Below, piece by piece: positions 58,924 through 64,000 of a stretch of DNA of 64,000 nt (within the stretch, counting starts at the first letter, position 1; every line of letters begins with the position of its first letter). Below the pieces are notes generated by a model, which made no database searches, was not told where the DNA came from, and saw only the letters and a list, made by a program, of their open reading frames with translations. A program made the position numbers and the translations under genes. The DNA is from Spirochaetota bacterium (lineage in GTDB: Bacteria; Spirochaetota; UBA4802; UBA5550), in contig JAXGNG010000001.1 in NCBI GenBank assembly GCA_040768125.1, forward strand, positions 1,351,318 through 1,415,317. Reading direction: 5' to 3'.

Positions 58924-59088
58924 CTATTTGCCGCTGCCCGGGTTCGACCATTCGCAGCGCGAGCACTTGTAGCCGTTATATTTCATTTTCCCCGACGGCT
59001 CGATTTCGACCCTGGCCATGACGATCGATTCGCAGTGAGGACAGTGCTTGGCGATAAGCTCATATTCCTCTTGGGTTTCCGTTTTCAT
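58924..59088 (-). CDS. Small zinc-ribbon protein (54 aa)
   Basis: Not in the track: MKTETQEEYELIAKHCPHCESIVMARVEIEPSGKMKYNGYKCSRCEWSNPGSGK with CPHC...CSRC. Confidence 0.4.
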   Translation of the reverse strand: MKTETQEEYELIAKHCPHCESIVMARVEIEPSGKMKYNGYKCSRCEWSNPGSGK

Positions 59089-59354
59089 CTTTCCCCCGTC
59101 TTTTGTCGTAAATCATGTAAATCGAAAAAGATACGACATATTTTACATATCGTCAATAGCGTCAAGAAAAAAAGTGAATAAAATCAGGATGTGTCCATTT
59201 TATCAGGGACACGACTGACTTGTAAGAGAGGAAAGACAGCAGTGGAAATGATTATCTATCGGCAGTGGTAGCATGGCCCTATACGGCATTCTGGATGGGT
59301 AAAAAAGGCCCTCGCGTTACAGCGGGGGCCCTGCGCTTGCAATAATCATGGGGT

Positions 59355-59840
59355 CTATTCACCCTGATAGATGTTGTCCTTCCAGAGGCCCTTGAGGGTC
59401 TTCCCGTCAACGTAGTACATCACGCCCTGGCCGTCCCTCTTGTCGTTTTTGAATTCACCCACATACCGGTCCCCGGACTTCCAGGTATAGGTCCCCTGGC
59501 CGTGCATCATCCCGTCTTTCCAGTCGCCCTCGTAGCGATCGCCGTTGGTCCAGGTATATACGCCCCTGCCGTCCTTGATGCTTTTAGTGTACACGCCGCT
59601 GTACACGTCGCCGGCCGCCCAGGTATAGGTCCCCTCGCCGTCCCGGAGGCCCTCCTTGTAGGGACCGACATAGCGGTCGCCGGATTTCCAGATATATTCC
59701 CCCTCGCCACTTCGAACCTTGTCGGAAGCCTTGCCGACGTATTTATCGCCGGAGGGATAGTCTATGGTGGTTTTGCATCCCGCGACGAGGAAGGCGGATG
59801 CGGATATGAGAGCCAACGCGAGCAGTATATTTTTCTTCAT
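59355..59840 (-). CDS. MORN-repeat lipoprotein
   Basis: Lipobox LVAGC; six or more YxGxxxxGxxxGxG MORN units (YVGKASDKVRSGEGEY, YVGPYKEGLRDGEGTY...). Confidence 0.75.
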   Translation of the reverse strand: MKKNILLALALISASAFLVAGCKTTIDYPSGDKYVGKASDKVRSGEGEYIWKSGDRYVGPYKEGLRDGEGTYTWAAGDVYSGVYTKSIKDGRGVYTWTNGDRYEGDWKDGMMHGQGTYTWKSGDRYVGEFKNDKRDGQGVMYYVDGKTLKGLWKDNIYQGE

Positions 59841-60195
59841 GGTGCACACTCCTTTTGTAATAATTGTATCATGAAGCATTATCTGAGAATAATCAATTTG
59901 TCAATAGATTATGAAAAAAACCGGGTTTTCATGAAGGATGTTCGAACAGGTGATTGAAGAACGTTTGCTTCTCTGGATGGCATCTGCCTGTTACTGCGAT
60001 GAAGTCCGTTCATTTGAGTTTTTAATAATAATGGGAAAAAATAAACATGTTATTATAATAAAGTTGTAATTATTATCATGTTCGATTTTCATGCCGTTAA
60101 TACTATCCGTTTTATTGCCGATACTATACCTGGCGGGGGTTTCGCATGATAAACCCCATCACCCGGGGTCACTCGATGAACTATCAGGAGACGCC

Positions 60196-60867
60196 ATGAG
60201 GATTTACCGTTCAGGCGCGATCACTTTGCTGCTACTCCTTGCCCTCGTTGCCGTGGTGGATGTGAGCTTTGCGCACGCGGCCTTCGAGATGCATGATCAC
60301 GTGAAGGTTGGGGCGCGGCCGGTCTACGGGATGGTCCTGGGTGAGTATCGCGCGGAATACCCCCATGCCCCGGGATTCTTACTGTACGCCCAGGGGGGCT
60401 ACCGGCTTAACGTGAAAAATAAATTGATGATCTATCCAGGCGTGAGCTGGGGATTCCTCTATTGCGCCCACGGGTCTGAAAGCGGCAGGAGACTGATGAT
60501 GTTTCCCTTCTCCCTCGATCTTTTTTTTGACGCGCCGCTCCTGAATTTCGACACGAAGGCGGGACTGTTCGCCCTGGTCCCTTCCGTCGGGCTGGGGGTG
60601 TACCTCAACGATTACCGGAGCGGGAGAACCTCCGCCACGGGGGGGGATTTCGGATACCGCGTCGGGGTGAACCTGGAATACCGACACGCGAAGATGCGGA
60701 ATGCCTACGTGGATCTGCGCATCGACCACCTGGGCACCACGAATTTCAAGGATTACCTGCCGGCCCTGGCCTTCGGCGTCGGGGCAGGTTACATGTTCCC
60801 GATCAGCGGGCTGGCGGGGCCGGGGAAGGGGCGCGCGGCGAATACCCGGGAAAGCGTTGAGCCGTGA
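60196..60867 (+). CDS. Hypothetical secreted protein, possibly outer-membrane beta-barrel
   Basis: Signal peptide MRIYRSGAITLLLLLALVAVVDVSFA; alternating hydrophobic pattern; start trimmed from 60091. Confidence 0.45.
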   Translation: MRIYRSGAITLLLLLALVAVVDVSFAHAAFEMHDHVKVGARPVYGMVLGEYRAEYPHAPGFLLYAQGGYRLNVKNKLMIYPGVSWGFLYCAHGSESGRRLMMFPFSLDLFFDAPLLNFDTKAGLFALVPSVGLGVYLNDYRSGRTSATGGDFGYRVGVNLEYRHAKMRNAYVDLRIDHLGTTNFKDYLPALAFGVGAGYMFPISGLAGPGKGRAANTRESVEP

Positions 60868-60885
60868 CGAAAAAGTCATCCTGGC

Positions 60886-61965
60886 ATGGGGAGTAGTGTA
60901 ATGCGGAATGTTCGTATCGCCACCAGGGGAAGGGCACTATGGCTGCCTCTTGTAATTGCCCTGCTGATTGCGGGCGCCTGCGCGAAGGACCCCCTTTCCC
61001 TCGCGCTCCGTGACCGCGATACTTCCCTGCTCTACCTTTTGTCGCCCGCCTCGCCGAATCCCTGCGAGGGCCTCACCGCCGAATGGAGTGAATATGGCGC
61101 CAATCCGATCATTCCCGGAGGCGGAACGGACGGCGTTGACCGGGCCTACTACCCGATGGTCCTCAAGGCGGGGAACCTCTACCATGTCTGGTATGGCGAC
61201 GGGACCAACACGCGCCATGCCGTGAGCGCATCCTACGATTTCAGCGACGCCGTTTTCCCCGCCGCGGTGGTGACGGGCCTCGACATCACCTACGAGCCTT
61301 ATCACCCCCGGATGCTCTATAGCGAGGCTGGGTGGAACATCGGCGGGAGTGACTACGCGGGGCCCTTCCTCATGTACTATACCGATGGGAACAACTGGAC
61401 CAATCCTCCCCGGGTCGCCCACTCCGCGGACGGCAGTTCCTGGACCGACATCGGCGCCTGCACGGGGGTCAACTCCTACGGCGGGAACACCACGGTCTAC
61501 AACCTGGCGGTGCTCCACGAGGGGGGGAGCGAATGGAAGGCCTACGCGGACAACGGCCTCGGCCACATACAGTACTACACCTCAAACGACGGGCTCGCCT
61601 GGACGGGGATTGCCATGGACATCGTAGTGCCCACCCAGCCGTGGGAGAATGCATTGCAGGGCACGATCGCGCCGTATATCATGAAGCTCGACGGCACCTA
61701 CCTGCTCTACTACAGCAGCGGTCTCACGGGGAATGATAAAGCCTTCGGCCTCGCGCTATCATCCGACGGCCAGACCTTCACCAAGTGGGCGGGCAACCCG
61801 ATCTATTCCATCGATGACGGCGTCCCCTGGCGGGACGTGCGTACCTACACGACGAGCATCGTGCAGGACGGTCCCATGTGGCTTCTCTATTACACCGGGA
61901 GGACGAATACCCCGGCTACCAGCTATTCCGTGGGCCTGGCCCGGAAGTGCGGGGACCTGTATTGA
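60886..61965 (+). CDS. Lipoprotein with predicted beta-propeller glycoside-hydrolase-like fold (GH43/GH130/GH32-like)
   Basis: Lipobox LIAGAC; repeated W/Y-rich blades (YHVWYGDG, LMYYTDGNNW, WLLYYTGR) typical of 5-bladed propeller glycosidases; tentative. Confidence 0.45.
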   Translation: MGSSVMRNVRIATRGRALWLPLVIALLIAGACAKDPLSLALRDRDTSLLYLLSPASPNPCEGLTAEWSEYGANPIIPGGGTDGVDRAYYPMVLKAGNLYHVWYGDGTNTRHAVSASYDFSDAVFPAAVVTGLDITYEPYHPRMLYSEAGWNIGGSDYAGPFLMYYTDGNNWTNPPRVAHSADGSSWTDIGACTGVNSYGGNTTVYNLAVLHEGGSEWKAYADNGLGHIQYYTSNDGLAWTGIAMDIVVPTQPWENALQGTIAPYIMKLDGTYLLYYSSGLTGNDKAFGLALSSDGQTFTKWAGNPIYSIDDGVPWRDVRTYTTSIVQDGPMWLLYYTGRTNTPATSYSVGLARKCGDLY

Positions 61966-62147
61966 TGCGCTTCCGGTCTGCGCGGCCTTCCTGCTCCGGG
62001 TATACCGTGCTTCGCCATTATTAATGGCTTGACATTCCTGCATCTGGGCATTTTCCTTTTTATCACATTCGGCTATTTCTTTACTCAACGTCCGGTTGAG
62101 TGACCGGCGCATGCCGGTCCTCATGATTCCTTTGAAGGTCGGCCATC

Positions 62148-62930
62148 ATGGAAACGCTCCTTTCGAAAGCGCCGGTATGGGCGCCCATACTTATCACCGT
62201 GGTCCTTGCCTGCGGCATCGCGGGCCTGGTTCACTTTCTCCTCCGGTGGAAATACCGCCATGAAACCCTTGAAAAAAATAACGAGGTGGCGGGTTTCAAC
62301 TACGCGGTGCTGGGGGTCATCTACAGCGTCCTTCTCGCCTTCATGACCCTTGCGGTGTACGAGGAATACAAGGAGGGAAGGAACGTGCTCCGGTACGAGG
62401 CCGGCACCATCATAAACCTCCACCAGATGACGGAGGGCCTCCCGGAACCCGCCAGGTCCCGCATAAAGGACCGTCTCATTGCCTATGCGGATTCAGTGGT
62501 GAAGGACGAGTGGCCCCTCATGGGGAACGGCACGGAGAGCCTGAAAACAAGATCGATCATGCGGGAGGTGCGCGCCATCTACATACTGGAGGTCCCGGAA
62601 AGCGCCAAGAACATGCCGCTCTATACCCTGTCACTCGCGAAGCTTGATGACCTCCAGGACATCCGACACCAGCGCGTCCTCAGCAGCCAGACGATGATTC
62701 CGGGCTTCATGTGGTTCGTCCTCATCGCCGGGGCCGTCATCACCGTGTCCTTCACCTTTTTTTTCGGCGCCCCCAACTTCAGCGCCCAGGTGATGATGAC
62801 GGCCATGCTGGCGGTTCTGGTTGTACTGGTCCTGCTCCTCATCGTCCACCTGGATAATCCCTTCATCGGACCCGTCTGTCTCGGGGCGGATCCCTATCTC
62901 AGGGCACTGAAGGATATGCGGGGCATGTAG
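62148..62930 (+). CDS. Membrane protein, DUF4239-like (TM helices at both ends)
   Basis: N-terminal and C-terminal TM segments flanking a soluble region; family recalled, not verified. Confidence 0.45.
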   Translation: METLLSKAPVWAPILITVVLACGIAGLVHFLLRWKYRHETLEKNNEVAGFNYAVLGVIYSVLLAFMTLAVYEEYKEGRNVLRYEAGTIINLHQMTEGLPEPARSRIKDRLIAYADSVVKDEWPLMGNGTESLKTRSIMREVRAIYILEVPESAKNMPLYTLSLAKLDDLQDIRHQRVLSSQTMIPGFMWFVLIAGAVITVSFTFFFGAPNFSAQVMMTAMLAVLVVLVLLLIVHLDNPFIGPVCLGADPYLRALKDMRGM

Positions 62931-63088
62931 GGGCGCGCCAGCGGCCCCGTTTCCTGCTTATTGGCGTCCCCGGTGTCAGAGTAAAAAAGTAAGGGCGGCT
63001 TTGTGCTTTACGTTTCACGATTTATGTTTATAAAAATCATAACCAGTCTGATCCTACCCTTGAATGCCGAAATAGCGCCGTCTCGATT

Positions 63089-63186
63089 CCGATAGTTATC
63101 GGTAGCGGAAGCAAAATTATACCGGGATAAGAGTGATAACTCGGCCCTGACGCGCAGTGAACTGGAATGGAACCGATAGTTATCGG
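63089..63186. repeat. Two copies of a 15-bp dyad-containing motif CCGATAGTTATCGGT, 84 nt apart, upstream of dnaE
   Basis: Seen directly at 63089-63103 and 63173-63187; arms CCGATA/TATCGG are inverted repeats; a degenerate half-site GATAACTCGG lies between them. Confidence 0.6.
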
Positions 63187-63262
63187 TGATTTCCAACCGG
63201 GAAAACAATATAATAGGAAAAATTGAGACCCCCATGCAAATTAATGCTTGAAATTATGTCCC

Positions 63263-64000
63263 ATGAAAAAAAAAATAAAGGGCATGGATTTCGTTCATCT
63301 GCACAACCACACTGACTATTCGATCCTCGATGGCGCGATAACGGTGGAAAAACTGGTCAAAAAGACCGTGGATCTCGGCATGCCCGCCGTGGCCCTCACT
63401 GACCATGGCAACATGTTCGGCGCCATCGAGTTTTATCAGGCCGCCCGGAAAGCGGGCATCACCCCAATCGTCGGGCAGGAATTCTACATGGCCCCCGGAT
63501 CGAGGAAGGTGAAGGAGTCGAGCAGGGGAGACGGCCAGGAGACCTCCTACCACCTGATCCTTCTCGCGAAAAACCTCGCGGGATACCGCAATCTGATGAA
63601 ACTTTCGTCCATCGGATACACCGAGGGGTTCTATTACAAGCCCCGTATCGATTTTGAAGTCCTGGAGCGCTACCGCGAAGGCCTCGTTTGCTCCTCCGCG
63701 TGCCTTGCGGGCCAGATTCCCCAGCTCATCCTGAAGGGAAGGGAACGCGACGCGGTCCGCCTCGCCGGGCGCTTCAAGGAGATATTCGGCCCGGATGACT
63801 TTTACCTGGAGCTCCAGTACCATGGCCTGAAAGAGCAGGAGAAGGTCAACGCCGCCCTCGTGAAAATGGCCGCGGATCACGGGATTCCACTCATCGCCAC
63901 CAACGACGCCCACTACCTCGAAAAGGAGGATTCACGCTCCCACGAGGTGCTCCTCTGCGTCCAGACGGGGAAGCTGATGCGGGACGGCGACCGGATGAAG
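63263..64000 (+). CDS. dnaE: DNA polymerase III alpha subunit, N-terminal PHP domain (continues beyond window)
   Basis: Not in the track (no stop in window): MKKKIKGMDFVHLHNHTDYSILDGAITVEKLVKKTVDLGMPAVALTDHGNMFGAIEFY... canonical DnaE PHP start. Confidence 0.88.
   Translation, partial: MKKKIKGMDFVHLHNHTDYSILDGAITVEKLVKKTVDLGMPAVALTDHGNMFGAIEFYQAARKAGITPIVGQEFYMAPGSRKVKESSRGDGQETSYHLILLAKNLAGYRNLMKLSSIGYTEGFYYKPRIDFEVLERYREGLVCSSACLAGQIPQLILKGRERDAVRLAGRFKEIFGPDDFYLELQYHGLKEQEKVNAALVKMAADHGIPLIATNDAHYLEKEDSRSHEVLLCVQTGKLMRDGDRMK

Overview
This is 64 kb of a high-GC (about 60%) bacterial chromosome made of conserved core genes, with no recognisable mobile element, CRISPR array or rRNA gene.

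From start to end the window contains:
- the tail of the spc/alpha ribosomal-protein region: secY C-terminus, infA, rpmJ, rpsM, rpsK, rpsD, rpoA, rplQ, then a terminator
- truA, lysC and ddl (translationally coupled), pssA, a flavoprotein oxidoreductase and moaC
- a CIRCE-controlled groES-groEL operon
- a tightly packed five-gene operon of uncharacterised STAS/GHKL-ATPase/DUF4325 proteins
- an ArgA-like GNAT acetyltransferase, a SPOR-domain protein and a stand-alone STAS antagonist
- an rRNA pseudouridine synthase, pgsA, an AmiC-type amidase, dapF, a polysaccharide deacetylase and an M23 peptidase
- a minus-strand operon of lepB, an M20 peptidase, an ADP-ribosylglycohydrolase and a secreted unknown protein
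- two adjacent FlaA-like flagellar sheath paralogs, a 900-aa long-form GreA and tRNA-Leu(CAG)
- lipoproteins, and two divergently transcribed phosphofructokinase paralogs
- an rnfCDGEA cluster with no rnfB, followed directly by thyX
- cheX, a SurA-like chaperone and a Trm112-like protein
- a HExxH lipoprotein, a VWA (YfbK-like) lipoprotein and a 981-aa fused DUF2339/DUF3999-like membrane protein
- a MORN-repeat lipoprotein and several secreted or membrane unknowns
- the 5' end of dnaE

The gene content (paired FlaA paralogs, very long GreA, CheX, ThyX, PPi-type PFKs, many lipoproteins, abundant partner-switching STAS/GHKL proteins) looks like a spirochete (Leptospira-like), but the GC content is unusually high; that is inference from sequence only.

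The most novel-looking locus is the five-gene STAS-GHKL / DUF4325-wHTH operon downstream of groESL. Secondary leads are the fused DUF2339-DUF3999 protein next to VWA and HExxH lipoproteins, the rnfB-less rnf-thyX cluster, a pseudouridine synthase with no canonical start codon, and repeat-structured intergenic regions at 53.8-54.2 kb and upstream of dnaE.
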